A program made the translations under genes and the position numbers. A stretch of 64,000 bases of DNA from an uncultured Verrucomicrobiae bacterium. Lineage in GTDB: Bacteria > Verrucomicrobiota > Verrucomicrobiia > Limisphaerales > JAFGQR01. The notes under the pieces were generated by a model. That model searched no databases. It was not told the DNA's origin and worked only from the letters and a program-made list of their open reading frames with translations. This document shows positions 1 to 11,353 of this stretch, one piece after another. The stretch lies in NCBI GenBank assembly GCA_963788655.1, contig CAWBHS010000076.1:96001-160000 (forward strand). The letters run 5' to 3'. The first letter of the stretch is position 1. Each line of letters begins with the position of its first letter.

Positions 1-2
1 GC

Positions 3-521
3 TTGGCGGTGGCGCGCATGGTGGGGCACGTGACGTATCTCAGTGAGTTCGCCATGAAGACGAAGTTCGGTCGGAACCTCCAACGTGAGACGCACCCGGA
101 GGATTTGTTCCCCGAATTTTTCGCCATCGAAAGTTACTTGCAGTATCAGGGTGAGAGTTTTGTCAAACGCTTTGATCCCAACTCGTATTTGTTCATTACC
201 AAGGCGCTCGACCGGTTCGAGCTCATGGAAGGCCGCCCCCCGCACGACGTGCTGGGCGGTGTCAAAGCGCGGTTCCTGGTCATCTCGTTTGCGTCGGACT
301 GGCTGTATCCGCCCGATCAATCGCAGCAACTGGTCCGGGCGCTGAAGCGCTCCAGTGCGGTGGTCACCTACCTGAACATGGAGACACCGTACGGACACGA
401 TTCCTTCCTGATCCACAACCCTGATTTTTCACAGGTGGTACACCACTTTCTCAACCGCGAGTATCACCGCCAACGCACGCCGTTGAAGAAAACCACGCAG
501 GTAGTCCGCCACTCGCCATAA
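3..521 (+). CDS. metX: Homoserine O-acetyltransferase, C-terminal part (runs off the window start)
   Basis: ESYLQYQGESFVKRFDPNSY, SDWLYPP and YGHDSFL catalytic His motif; adjacent to metW. Confidence 0.92.
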   Translation: MAVARMVGHVTYLSEFAMKTKFGRNLQRETHPEDLFPEFFAIESYLQYQGESFVKRFDPNSYLFITKALDRFELMEGRPPHDVLGGVKARFLVISFASDWLYPPDQSQQLVRALKRSSAVVTYLNMETPYGHDSFLIHNPDFSQVVHHFLNREYHRQRTPLKKTTQVVRHSP

Positions 522-527
522 GCCCCC

Positions 528-1130
528 ATGCCGTACCAACCGCTCTACGATACCGTGCTGGAATGGATCCCGCCCAAATCGCGGGTGCTGGACCTGGGGA
601 CGGGCGACGGTGAATTGCTGGAGCGGCTCATCAAGACGAAACGCGTCTATGGCGAAGGCGTGGAACTGGATTCCAAACAGGTGGCCCGGTGCATCGAACG
701 CGGCCTGGCCGTGCATCAGGGCGACGTCATGAACGGCCTGGACCAATACGGCAACGGCGCATTCGACTACGTCCTGCTGCTCGGCACATTCCAGGAATTG
801 AAGGCCTCCGAGAAACTGGTCAATGAAGCCATGCGCGTGTCGCGGCGGCTCGTTGTTTCCTACAGCAATTTCGGTTACGTGCGCGCCCGGTGGCAGATGA
901 TGGCGGGCGGCCGTTCACCGATGACGAAGGCATTGCCCTCGCCCTGGTACCGCACCCCCAATATTCATTTTTTCACGATCCTCGATTTCCAGGACTTTTG
1001 CCACGAAATGAATATCCGCGAACTCGAAACCGCCTATTTCAACGCGCGCGGCCGCGTGCGCTGGCTGCCCAACCTCCGGGCTGAAGTGGCGCTGACGTTG
1101 TTGGAAGGCGAACCGCAGCGGGCAGAGTGA
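528..1130 (+). CDS. metW: Methionine biosynthesis protein MetW (SAM-dependent methyltransferase fold)
   Basis: VLDLGTGDG SAM motif, WYRTPNIHFFTILDF signature; follows metX. Confidence 0.92.
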   Translation: MPYQPLYDTVLEWIPPKSRVLDLGTGDGELLERLIKTKRVYGEGVELDSKQVARCIERGLAVHQGDVMNGLDQYGNGAFDYVLLLGTFQELKASEKLVNEAMRVSRRLVVSYSNFGYVRARWQMMAGGRSPMTKALPSPWYRTPNIHFFTILDFQDFCHEMNIRELETAYFNARGRVRWLPNLRAEVALTLLEGEPQRAE

Positions 1131-1202
1131 GCGGCAACCAAACCGCTGGAAGGTTGCACGCCGAACCGCAAACCTCCCAGGAACCATCCGAGTGGCCGCC
1201 AG

Positions 1203-1285
1203 GTTTTGGAGTGCGGCAGTCCTCTGCCGCTGTCGAACGCATCGCCACCCATTGAAAGCGGCAGAGGACTGCCGCACTCCAAAAC
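1203..1285. repeat. REP-doublet-like inverted repeat (family A)
   Basis: Perfect 29-bp inverted arms 1203-1231 and 1257-1285; each arm has an internal GCGGCAG-N4-CTGCCGC hairpin. Confidence 0.9.
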
Positions 1286-1433
1286 GCTCGCGCGACTGGC
1301 AGAGGCGCCCAACCAGATGGTGCCCCGTTGCTTTCCTGGTTTTCCTTGTCCGGCGCTTGCCGCCGGCCACATGATGCGTCGCATGATGCCAATCGGCATT
1401 GACACTTAGAATGTGCAGCATAAGACTCAAAAT

Positions 1434-2475
1434 ATGAAGCGACTTCGCATAGTAGTTGGCGTGTTCATTCTCGGGGCGATTGCCGCTGGCTTATGGTTTT
1501 GGAATTCCCGCCAACCGACAACGGATGAGCACGAACTGGTTTTGTACGGCAACGTCGATATCCGCCAGGTGCAACTGGCGTTCAATGGCAGCGAACGGAT
1601 CGTCGCGCTGCTCGTTCAGGAAGGTGACCGGGTAAAATCCGGTCAATTGCTCGGCTTGCTGGATACGAATCGGCTGGCGGCGGCGGTCGCCAGTCGCGGG
1701 GCGCAAGTAGCCGCACAGCGCCAGGTGGTCGCCCGTTTCGACGCCGGCAACCGGCCCGAGGATATTCGCAAAGCCAAAGCCGATCTGGAAGTGGCTCAAG
1801 CCGAAGCCCGCAACGCGCAACTTACCTTCCAACGCGCCACCAATTTGCAGGCCCAGGGCGTGTTGGCCCCGCAACAACTAGATGACACCACGGCCGCCCT
1901 GAGCGTCGCGGACTCCCGAGTGAATGCGGCCAAGCAAGCGTACGACCTGATGGTAATCGGTCCGCGCAAGGAGGACATTGCCGCCGCCAAAGCCACCTTG
2001 CAGGCTTATGAGGCGGAGTTGGCGCTGGCGCAACGTCAACTGGCCGACGCCCGTCTCTTGTGCGCCCACCAACGGCGTCATCCAGAACCGCATCCTCGAA
2101 CCCGGCGATATGGCGTCGCCGCAAAAATCCGTGTTCGCCATGGCGCTGGACGATCCGCTCTGGGTGCGGGCTTACGTGCCAGAAACCGAACTGGGCAAAC
2201 TCCAACTCGGTATAAAAGCTGAGGTGACCACCGACACGTTTCCGGGAAAAACGTACGACGGGTGGGTGGGATTCATTTCTCCGACGGCAGAATTCACTCC
2301 CAAGACCGTCGAAACTACGGAAGTGCGCACCAAGCTCGTGTTTCAAGTTCGTGTGTTCGTGCGCAATCCACAGGACGAATTGCGACTGGGCATGCCCGCG
2401 GTCGTCACCATTCCGCTGACGGCGCCATCCACCGCCAATGCGGAGGCAAAACCGTCCACCACCAATACGCCTTGA
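1434..2475 (+). CDS. HlyD-family membrane fusion protein (YbhG-like), split by a frameshift near 2060
   Basis: N-terminal TM and LYGNVDIRQV in ORF 1413-2222; continues as APTNGVIQNRILEPG...ISPTAEFTPKTVET in ORF 1978-2475. Confidence 0.88.
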
Positions 2476-2487
2476 CGTTGCGACTGC

Positions 2488-4284
2488 ATGGATGATTCCG
2501 TCAAACTCGGGCCTCCGACCATCGCCTCCGACCCAGTGTTGGAGCTGCGCGGTATCAGCAAGAAGTTCGTCGCCGGTGGCCGCACCATTCAGGCGCTGCG
2601 CCAGGTTCATTTCAGTGTGCAACGCGGTCGGGTAACCGGCTTGATCGGACCGGACGGCGCGGGCAAGACCACCTCGATGCGGATGGCCGTGGGGTTGTTG
2701 ACGCCGGACGAAGGCCAGATCGTGGCGCTGGGCTTTGACGCAACCCGCGAATCCCTCGCGGTGCAAGCGCGCGTCGGTTACATGCCGCAACGGTTCGGGC
2801 TCTACGAAGATCTGTCCGTCCAGGAGAACCTCGATTTGTATGCCGACTTGCAGGGCTTGCCCCACCGGGAGCGCGCGCCGCGCTACGAGGAATTGATGCG
2901 CATGACCGGTTTGGCCCGGTTTACTGGGCGGCTGGCCGGACGCCTTTCCGGCGGCATGAAACAGAAACTGGGGCTGGCCTGCACGCTCGTGCGTCCGCCG
3001 GAATTGCTCTTGTTGGACGAACCCACCGTGGGCGTTGATCCCGTTTCCCGGCGCGAACTTTGGCAGATCGTCTATCGGCTCGTGCAGCAGGAAGGGATGA
3101 CCGTCCTGCTCAGCACTGCTTACTTGGACGAAGCCGAGCGCTGCGATGAGGTGATCCTGATGCATGACGGCGAAGTGCTTGGCCACGGTCCGCCGCAGGA
3201 ATTTCGCGAGCGTTCGCGGGGCCGCACTTACATGGTGTCCACCGCCGCGGTACACAAACGCGCGCTCCAGCATCAACTCTCCCACGCGCCCGCCGTGGTC
3301 GATGCCCTCATTCAAGGCGAACGAGTGCGGTTGGTGATGGACAGCACCGTGGTGCCGGAACGCGAAACCCTGCTGCCCGACGTTCCTAACGTTTCCATCC
3401 AACCAGTAGCGCCGCGTCTGGAAGACAGCTTTGTGGCCTTGCTGCGAAAACGAGAAACCAAAGCCGACTCCAAGCGGCCCGCGCACCCAGATCACGCGGA
3501 AGGCAATTCACCCGACCGCGAACACGGCGCGGTCATCGAAGTGGACGGGGTGAAACGGCGCTTTGGAGATTTCTATGCGGTCAAGGGATTAACCTTCCAA
3601 GTGGAGCGCGGCGAAGTTTTCGGTCTGCTGGGAGCCAACGGTGCCGGCAAGTCCACCACGTTCCGCATGCTCTGCGGATTGCTGCCCGCCACCGAAGGCC
3701 GTCTGCGCGTGGCGGGCCTGGATTTGCGGCACGCGGCGGCTGCGGCGCGGGCCCGGATTGGTTACATGTCCCAGAAATTCTCACTCTACGGCAACCTGAG
3801 CGTGTGCGAAAACCTCCGCTTCTTCAGCAGCGCCTACGGGCTGGCGGGCCGGCGCCAGCGCGAGCGAATGGACTGGGCCCTCGAACAGTTCGAATTGGCG
3901 CCGCTGACCGACGCGACCAGCAGCGATCTGCCGCTGGGCCACAAACAACGGCTGGCGATGGCGTGCGCCCTGATGCACGAGCCGGAAATCCTTTTCTTGG
4001 ACGAACCCACTTCCGGGGTTGATCCGCTGGCGCGCCGCGAATTTTGGAGCCGCATCAACGCGCTGGCGGCCCGGAAGGTCACGGTCATGGTCACCACTCA
4101 TTTCATGGAAGAAGCCGAGTATTGCGACCGGCTGGCCATCATGGCCGACGGGGAAATTCTCGCCCTCGGCACGCCCGAAGCCATCAAAGCCGCGCAACGT
4201 TCCGAAGCTAAACCGGACCCGACCATGGAGGATGCGTTCATTGCGCTGATCGAACATCAAGACGAGCAAACGGAAGCCGCATGA
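2488..4284 (+). CDS. ABC exporter ATP-binding protein with two NBDs (YbhF-like)
   Basis: GPDGAGKT and GANGAGKS Walker A motifs, LSGGMKQK signature, two LDEPT motifs. Confidence 0.93.
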   Translation: MDDSVKLGPPTIASDPVLELRGISKKFVAGGRTIQALRQVHFSVQRGRVTGLIGPDGAGKTTSMRMAVGLLTPDEGQIVALGFDATRESLAVQARVGYMPQRFGLYEDLSVQENLDLYADLQGLPHRERAPRYEELMRMTGLARFTGRLAGRLSGGMKQKLGLACTLVRPPELLLLDEPTVGVDPVSRRELWQIVYRLVQQEGMTVLLSTAYLDEAERCDEVILMHDGEVLGHGPPQEFRERSRGRTYMVSTAAVHKRALQHQLSHAPAVVDALIQGERVRLVMDSTVVPERETLLPDVPNVSIQPVAPRLEDSFVALLRKRETKADSKRPAHPDHAEGNSPDREHGAVIEVDGVKRRFGDFYAVKGLTFQVERGEVFGLLGANGAGKSTTFRMLCGLLPATEGRLRVAGLDLRHAAAAARARIGYMSQKFSLYGNLSVCENLRFFSSAYGLAGRRQRERMDWALEQFELAPLTDATSSDLPLGHKQRLAMACALMHEPEILFLDEPTSGVDPLARREFWSRINALAARKVTVMVTTHFMEEAEYCDRLAIMADGEILALGTPEAIKAAQRSEAKPDPTMEDAFIALIEHQDEQTEAA

Positions 4285-4342
4285 GCCACGCCGATTCCAA
4301 CCCGCACCATCCTGGCCCTGCCCCCGCGCGGGGGGCGGCCGC

Positions 4343-5453
4343 ATGCGGCTGCGCGGCTTGATCCGAAAGGAGTTTTACCAAATCCTGCGTGACCCCAGCA
4401 GCATCGCCATTGCCTTCCTGCTGCCGGTGGTGTTGCTGCTGATTTTCGGTTACGGCGTTTCGCTGGATGCGGAGCACGTGCCCATTGCGCTGGTCGTGGA
4501 ACAGCCCAGCGCCGATACGGCGAGCTTCACCAGCGGCTTTCAGCAGTCGCGTTATTTTGCCCCGGTGTTCATGCGCAACTTGCGCGAGGCCGAAGCGGCT
4601 TTGATGCAGCGGCCGTGTAAGCCATCGTGCATTTGCGCGCCGATTTTGCCCGGCAACTGCGCCAGCCGGACGGCGCGCCCATCCAGGTGATCGTCAACGG
4701 CGTGGACGCCAACACCGGCCGGCTCATTCTCGGTTACGTGCAGGGCGTCTGGCAAAAATGGCTGCAACGTCAGATGCAAGCCGAATGGCGAGGCGCTCTC
4801 CCCGCCGGTCCAACTCGAGCCGCGGGTCTGGTTCAACAGCGAACTGCGCAGCCGCAACTTTCTGGTGCCCGGGCTTGATCGCCATCATCATGACCTTGAT
4901 CGGCGCGCTGCTGACGGCGCTGGTGATGGCGCGCGAATGGGAACGCGGCACGATGGAGGCGCTGATGGTGACGCCGGTGACGATGCGCGAAGTGCTGCTC
5001 GGCAAAGCTGGTGCCGTATTTCCTGTCTGGGCCTGGGCGGCATGGCGTTGTCCGTAGCCATGGGCGTCTGGCTGTTCGGCGTGCCGTTGCGCGGCTCGCT
5101 TTGGGTGCTTGTTCGGCAGCGCCGCGCTGTTCCTGCTGGCGGCGCTGGGCATGGGACTGCTGATTTCGACGGTGACAAAGAACCAGTTCGTGGCCGGGCA
5201 GGTGGCGATCATCACGACGTTCCTGCCGGCGTTCATCCTGTCGGGTTTCATTTTCGACATTGGCAGCATGCCGCCGGTCGTCCAGGGCATCACTCACGTC
5301 CTGGCGGCGCGCTATTTCGTGGCGATGCTGCAAACGGTCTTCCTGGCCGGCAACGTGTGGTCGGTGATCCTGCCCAACGCGCTGGCGCTGCTATTGATGG
5401 CGGCGTTCTTTCTGGGCGTCAGCCGGCGCAAATTGCGCAAACGTTTGGAATAG
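4343..5453 (+). CDS. ABC-2 permease (YbhS-like), multiple frameshifts
   Basis: [35 protein letters not shown] and LSGFIFDI segments spread over successive frames. Confidence 0.85.
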
Positions 5454-5461
5454 GAGCGCGG

Positions 5462-6574
5462 ATGTTCCGGCGAATTCGAGCGCTCATGATCAAGGAGTTT
5501 CTGGCCCTGCTGAAGGACAAGCGGAGCCGGACGGTGGTCTTGATTCCGCCCATCCTGCAATTGCTGGTCTTTGGCTACGCCGCAACGTTCGATCTGAACC
5601 GCATTCCGTTCGCGGTTCTATAACGAAGACCTGGGGCAAGCCTTCGCGCGACCTGGTGGCGCGCTTCGCCGGTTCGCCCAATTTCCATCAGGTGGCGGTG
5701 TTGACTCACGAGGACGCAGATCGCGCCTGAGGTTGACGGGCGGAACGTGCTGATGGTGCTGCACATCGGACCGCAGTTCAGCCGTGAGCTGCTCGCGGCC
5801 GGTCGGGTCCGGTGCAGGTGATCGTGGACGGACGCAACTCGAACACCGCGGCGATTCTGTTGAATTACGTCAACACCATCGTCGCCGCGTTCAACGTGGA
5901 CTGGCAGCAGCGAACCGGCAGGGGGACGGCGCTCGGCGCATTTGGAAACGCGGGCGTGGTTCAATCCCAACCTGCTCAGCCGCTGGTTTATCGTGCCGGG
6001 CATCGTGGGATTGCTAACCCTGGTGGTGACCACGCTGGTGACGGCCCTTTCGGTGGCCCGCGAACGCGAGCAAGGCACCTTCGACCAGTTGCTGGTCACC
6101 CCGTTCCGCCCGGGGGAAATTCTCATCGGCAAGGCGTTGCCCGGATTCATGATCGGCTTTTTCGAGGCCACGCTCATCATCCTGATCGCGACCTTTTGGT
6201 TCCAAGTGCCGTTGCGCGGCAGTCTGTTGACGCTTTACGTAGGGCTGTTCTGCTTTGTGCTTTCGACCGTCGGAATGGGCTTGATGATTTCTTCCCTGGC
6301 CGTCACGCAGCAACAAGGATTGCTGGGCGCGTTCCTGTTCCTGGTGCCGTCCATCATTCTGTCCGGTTTCGCCACCCCCATCGCCAACATGCCGCATTGG
6401 GTGCAACAGATCACGTACCTCGATCCGCTGCGCTATTTTCTAGTAATCCTGCGGGGGGTGTTCCTGGAAGGCACACCGTTCCATCTATTGATCGATCAAT
6501 TCTGGCCCATGGCCATCATCGGGGTGGTCAACCTGACTTTGGCCGGATGGCTGTTCCGCCACCGGCTGTATTGA
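5462..6574 (+). CDS. ABC-2 permease (YbhR-like), multiple frameshifts
   Basis: MFRRIRALMIKEFL, VDGRNSNTA, AREREQGTFDQLLVTP and LSGFATPIANMP segments in successive frames. Confidence 0.85.
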
Positions 6575-6803
6575 GGGAGCCAACGGTCGAGTTATTCCCC
6601 TTTTGGCCGATAAGGAACCAGACGAGCCATGGCCGCCGCAATGTGCGAAGCAAGGGGCATTCGGCTCCGGCGTTTTGATCCAGTATCCTTTTCTGGCTGG
6701 ACAAAGCCCATTGGAGCCGGTTGAAATGGACAGGATGTGTTTCCGTCCTGCTGGTTGCGGCTCCTAGAAGCCCATGCTAGGTTGGCGCGCACATTAATTT
6801 AAG

Positions 6804-8843
6804 ATGGCTGACGATAGAAAACGCAAAGACGACGGAAATCAACGAAAGAACGGCGAGTTCCGAGTGCCGCCGCGTTCGTATATGCTGTGGATTGCCCTGC
6901 TGCTGGCGATCCCGCTATTGATGTTTTTCAAAAGCAGCACCTCGTCGCAAGGGAGATCCATCTCCCAGGTTGATTTCATGCGGTTGGTGGATTCGAACCA
7001 CATCGCCAACGGCGTGATCGTGTACGATCCCCAATCACCTTATCTCCAGGAAATTCACGGCAACTTTTACGAAACTGAACCCAATGGCGAGGTTAAGATG
7101 GACAAAGGCAAGCCGGTGGAAGTGCCTTTCAACGCCAAAGTAAGGCTGACCGACACCCTGGAGGACAAGGTTCTGAACAGTGGGGTCTTCGCCACCAAAC
7201 AAGCCAACGCCGTTCTGATGGGTTTGGTTTATAGTTTGGGACCAATCCTGCTCATTGGCTTGTTTATTTGGTTCTTCTTTATCCGCCAACTCAAAATGGC
7301 GGGCAAAGGCGCCTTGAGCTTCGGCAAGAGCAAAGCGCGCATGCTGGCCAAAGAAAAGAACAAGACCACCTTCAAAGACGTGGCCGGAGTTGAAGAAGCC
7401 AAAGAAGAAGTCCAGGAACTGGTCGATTTCTTGAAGGATCCGAAGAAGTTTCAGAAACTCGGCGGTCGTATTCCCAAAGGCGTCCTCATGGTTGGACCGC
7501 CCGGCACCGGCAAAACGCTGTTGGCCAAGGCCATTGCCGGCGAAGCGGACGCGGCTTTTTTCAGCATCAGCGGTTCGGATTTCGTGGAAATGTTTGTCGG
7601 GGTGGGCGCCAGCCGGGTGCGCGACATGTTCGAGCAGGCGCGCAAAAACACCCCTTGCCTGGTGTTTATTGACGAAATTGACGCCGTGGGCCGTAGCCGC
7701 GGACACGGTTTGGGCGGCGGCAATGACGAACGCGAGCAAACCCTCAATGCCTTGCTCGTGGAAATGGACGGTTTTGACACCACGGAAGGCATCATCATCA
7801 TTGCCGCAACGAACCGGCCCGACGTGCTGGATCCCGCGCTGTTACGACCGGGCCGATTTGATCGGCAAATCACCGTCAACCTGCCGGACGTGCGCGGACG
7901 CGAGGCCATTCTCAAGGTCCATGCCAAGAACGTGAAACTGGACATGGGCGTTGACTTGGCCGTCATCGCGCGCGGCACCCCGGGCTATTCCGGCGCGGAA
8001 CTGGCGAACCTGCTCAATGAAGCGGCGCTGCTGGCCGCCCGCATGGGCAAGAAAGCTGTGGGCATGGCGGAACTCGAGGAAGCGCGCGACAAAGTCCGCT
8101 GGGGCCGGGAACGCCGCAGCATGGCCATGACGGACGAAGAAAAGAAATGCACGGCTTGGCACGAGGCCGGTCATGCGCTGGTCAACGTCATGCTGGAGCA
8201 CACTCATCCCCTGCACAAAGTGACCATCATTCCGCGGGGCCAGGCGCTGGGTGCCACCATGTATTTGCCCAAGGACGACGTGCTCAACCGCAAACGCAAA
8301 GAGTTGCTGGATATGATCGCCGTGACGATGGCCGGCCGGATTGCCGAGGAAATCGTGTCGGAAGACATCTCGAGCGGCGCTGCCGGCGACATTCAACAGG
8401 CCACCCAGATGGCCCGGGCCATGGTAACCCAATGGGGCATGAGCGACAAAGTGGGCATGGTGCAATACGGCGACAACAGCGAATACGTTTTCCTGGGCCG
8501 CGAAATGATGCGGAGCAAAGATTATAGCGAGCAAACCGCCCAGGAGATTGACCAGGAAGTCAAACGGATCATCAACGGACAGTTCGAAATCGCGCGGCGC
8601 ATCATTTCGGAGAACCGGGACAAGTTGGAATTGATCGCCAAGAGCCTCCTCGAATACGAGACGTTGGAAGGCCAGCAAGTCGAAGAAATCGTTCGCACCG
8701 GCAAGTTCACTCCACCGTCGGAAAAGGCGACGCCAGCCGGCCCGCTGACCGGCGCGCCAGCCGGTACTCCGTTGCCCGAAGTCGTCAAGCCGGCGCCTCC
8801 AACCCTGCCGGGTTTGGGTTCTCCCGCGCCCGCGACGGCCTGA
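6804..8843 (+). CDS. ftsH: ATP-dependent zinc metalloprotease FtsH
   Basis: Two TMs, [11 protein letters not shown] ([19 protein letters not shown]), HEAGH zinc motif. Confidence 0.98.
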   Translation: MADDRKRKDDGNQRKNGEFRVPPRSYMLWIALLLAIPLLMFFKSSTSSQGRSISQVDFMRLVDSNHIANGVIVYDPQSPYLQEIHGNFYETEPNGEVKMDKGKPVEVPFNAKVRLTDTLEDKVLNSGVFATKQANAVLMGLVYSLGPILLIGLFIWFFFIRQLKMAGKGALSFGKSKARMLAKEKNKTTFKDVAGVEEAKEEVQELVDFLKDPKKFQKLGGRIPKGVLMVGPPGTGKTLLAKAIAGEADAAFFSISGSDFVEMFVGVGASRVRDMFEQARKNTPCLVFIDEIDAVGRSRGHGLGGGNDEREQTLNALLVEMDGFDTTEGIIIIAATNRPDVLDPALLRPGRFDRQITVNLPDVRGREAILKVHAKNVKLDMGVDLAVIARGTPGYSGAELANLLNEAALLAARMGKKAVGMAELEEARDKVRWGRERRSMAMTDEEKKCTAWHEAGHALVNVMLEHTHPLHKVTIIPRGQALGATMYLPKDDVLNRKRKELLDMIAVTMAGRIAEEIVSEDISSGAAGDIQQATQMARAMVTQWGMSDKVGMVQYGDNSEYVFLGREMMRSKDYSEQTAQEIDQEVKRIINGQFEIARRIISENRDKLELIAKSLLEYETLEGQQVEEIVRTGKFTPPSEKATPAGPLTGAPAGTPLPEVVKPAPPTLPGLGSPAPATA

Positions 8844-8922
8844 GTCCTATCATTTCCATCAAGACGGGGCATTTCCGCCCACTTTGCTTTTTTCCGCGCG
8901 GATCCAGCCAACGGGCTTCTTT

Positions 8923-9161
8923 TGCGGTCGCCAATTACTGGTGAGCAGGCAATGCAGGCTTTCCTGCAGTCAGTATCACAGCCTCAACAATGACTCCGGG
9001 CCGCCGGTGGCCCACTCCCACTTGGAGCACGTCAGCACCGCGTGACACAACAGATACTCCCGGGGCCGACCTCGCATACTCACTCCCAGCGCGTTGAGAT
9101 TGCTCCAGTCCAACTGCACGACGCGGCTGGGCAGAGGTTTCAATTCAAAGAACATTGCCAC
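8923..9161 (-). mobile_element. Degenerate IS21-family (istA) transposase remnant with possible terminal repeat
   Basis: FFELKPLPSRVVQLDWS..LGVSMRGRP..YLLCHAVLTCSKWEWAT..ESLL resembles the IstA core; stops follow; TGCGGTCGCCAATTA at 8923 resembles an IS21-type end. Confidence 0.6.
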
Positions 9162-9281
9162 AAGGGCGCAGGGATGCAGGTGCAGACAGGCAAGCCAGCG
9201 AAAAATAGTTTGACCGGGAACCAGCGATTTCGCGCTAATTTCCGGTCAAACCGAGAGAGATGGTAACCTGTGGAGAAAGAA

Positions 9282-9491
9282 TTATTGGAGAAACTCGACC
9301 AGCACCCAATAGGTCAACAGCACCAGCAAAAAGGAGATGAGCAACGGCCGGACACTGGTGTGCGTGCCCGCTTCCGCGGCTTCCCTTTGTGGACGCAAAC
9401 CGACTTCAGGCTTCGCCGGCCCAGCAGGCTCTTCCGGAGTCAGGACTCGCAGCGGCCTCTCTTCCAGGAGTTCCAAGATGCTTTGTTTCAT
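9282..9491 (-). CDS. Small hypothetical protein with C-terminal TM helix
   Basis: 69 aa ATG ORF ending LLISFLLVLLTYWVLVEFLQ. Confidence 0.5.
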   Translation of the reverse strand: MKQSILELLEERPLRVLTPEEPAGPAKPEVGLRPQREAAEAGTHTSVRPLLISFLLVLLTYWVLVEFLQ

Positions 9492-9606
9492 GGAGCAATA
9501 TCCCTTGCCGGCCAGTCCGTTACAATTGGAGGGATTACCCGCCGCCAGCTCCGTAAAACTACGATTCCCAGCTCCGTAGCCCGCGGAGTCCTGGCCGGCC
9601 TTCTGT

Positions 9607-10551
9607 TCAAGCCGGGGAATTCAACAACGCTCCAAACCGAAGGCCGCGGGTGCTGACGTAGATTTCAGGAAAATGAAGATGCTCCATCACCGCTTCATAA
9701 ATCGCCACGCCCAGTGGAAGAATATCAGCCCGACTGGGAGGCACGCCGACGATCTGCTTGCGTTCGGCCAACGGCAGACTCCAAAGCATCACCAAATGAT
9801 CCAGCACCTGGCTCTTGCTCAGGCGGGTGCCCTCCAGATGTTGCCGATTGAAGGTGTTCGCCTGCTGCGTCATCCGGGCCAGAATGGTGGTGGTGCCGCC
9901 CGTGCCAATGAGCCGGATGTTCGCGTGGATAGGCTCGCGCAGTAATCCTTCCAAGGTCGGCGCAAGCTGCTGATTGAAAAAATCCGTGAGCCAGCTTCGG
10001 CAATTCGTCAGGTCCCGCAAGCTAGGTGGGTCGGGAGGACGCAGAAGTTCCATCAACCGCACCGTGCCCAAGTTGAAGCTCTGACTGAAGGAAAGGTGTT
10101 CCCCGGCACCCAGAATGAATTCGCTGCTGCCGCCCCCGACGTCCAAAATCAGCAATGGCTTGCCCCCCAATAGCGGGTCCGTGTTGACACCGCGATAGAC
10201 CCATTCGGCTTCCTGGTCGCCGGAGATCACCTCGAGCGGCAATCCACAGGCTTGCTGAATGGACGCCTGGAGTTCCGCTTGGTTCTCCGCCTCCCGCGCG
10301 GCGCTGGTGCCGATGACTTGCACGGACTGCGCTTCCAATTGTCGCGCCAGCTTCGTGAATTCCGCCACTGCCAGGGCCGTTTGCTCGATGGCCTTGGGGT
10401 CCAATCGCCGCGTGGCATAGAAACCTTGTCCCAAGCGGGTCTGCCAGCTTTTTTCAATCACCGGCTCAACGGTCACGCTCCGAACGTCCGCCACGAGAAG
10501 TTTAACGGAGTTGGTGCCGACATCGATCACGGCCTTGCGAACGGGTAGCAT
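9607..10551 (-). CDS. ppx: Ppx/GppA-family exopolyphosphatase (short form)
   Basis: IDVGTNS, GTSAAREA, EVISGDQEA, DVGGGSSE and GLRFG motifs. Confidence 0.93.
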   Translation of the reverse strand: MLPVRKAVIDVGTNSVKLLVADVRSVTVEPVIEKSWQTRLGQGFYATRRLDPKAIEQTALAVAEFTKLARQLEAQSVQVIGTSAAREAENQAELQASIQQACGLPLEVISGDQEAEWVYRGVNTDPLLGGKPLLILDVGGGSSEFILGAGEHLSFSQSFNLGTVRLMELLRPPDPPSLRDLTNCRSWLTDFFNQQLAPTLEGLLREPIHANIRLIGTGGTTTILARMTQQANTFNRQHLEGTRLSKSQVLDHLVMLWSLPLAERKQIVGVPPSRADILPLGVAIYEAVMEHLHFPEIYVSTRGLRFGALLNSPA

Positions 10552-10668
10552 CGTAGCGCCAAACTACATCACGACTGGCCGACCAACCCAAGTCAAAACT
10601 GCTCCAACACAAAAGGCATGCTTGACACCCATTGGGCAAAGCGGACGATTGAGCCAATCGTACCGCTT

Positions 10669-11178
10669 ATGGAACTCTACTTTCTCAGGCATGCCAAAGC
10701 TGTGCCGCGCACTGGGCGCCTGGCCCACCGGGACGCCGAACGTGCGTTAACCCCGGACGGAGAGGAGAAGATGCGACTCATCGCCATGGGCCTCCAGACC
10801 CTGGATTTGCGCTTTGACCGAGTTCTAAGCAGCCCTTACGTACGGGCGCGCCAAACGGCGGACATTGCGGCCAAAGCCCTCAAATGCACCAGCAAACTCT
10901 CTCTCACCGAACAGTTGGCTCCCGCCGGCGATCCCAAGGGTTTGATCGCCGAAATCATTCGGCCCTCTCCCAGTCTGGGCAGCGTTTTGCTGGTCGGTCA
11001 TGAACCCTATCTCAGTGAGTTGATCTCCAAGTTGACGACCGGCACCACCCATCTGCGTCTGGACATGAAGAAGGCTGGTTTGGTCAAACTGAGCACGGAT
11101 GCCTTGCGCTACGGCCAATGCGCGACGTTGGAATGGCTGTTGCCTCCGCGCCACTTGGTACTCCTCTCGAAAGTATAG
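10669..11178 (+). CDS. sixA: Phosphohistidine phosphatase SixA
   Basis: LYFLRHAKA, SSPYVRARQTA and LVGHEP motifs. Confidence 0.92.
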   Translation: MELYFLRHAKAVPRTGRLAHRDAERALTPDGEEKMRLIAMGLQTLDLRFDRVLSSPYVRARQTADIAAKALKCTSKLSLTEQLAPAGDPKGLIAEIIRPSPSLGSVLLVGHEPYLSELISKLTTGTTHLRLDMKKAGLVKLSTDALRYGQCATLEWLLPPRHLVLLSKV

Positions 11179-11353
11179 TTCGACCGCCGTCCTGGGGTCC
11201 CGCATTGCCAAGGCGGTTCCTCGTGTCGATGGCCGTTGGCCGAAAGGTTGGTGCGATCAATGGCATAGGGCAGATGGCAAACATCGGAGGCCGGACCATT
11301 TCCAAGCTTGCTGCCCGTCCGGTTTTCGATTATCCCCTGGGCAAAGGCAAATC

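Noticed and set aside
1203..1285. Possible CRISPR repeat or simple terminator
   Set aside because: Arms are inverted rather than direct, with no spacer array or cas genes; related copies occur elsewhere in the window.
11099..11353. 85-aa N-terminal extension of ppk1
   Set aside because: Overlaps sixA and looks non-coding; the ATG at 11354 precedes the conserved NRELSW start.
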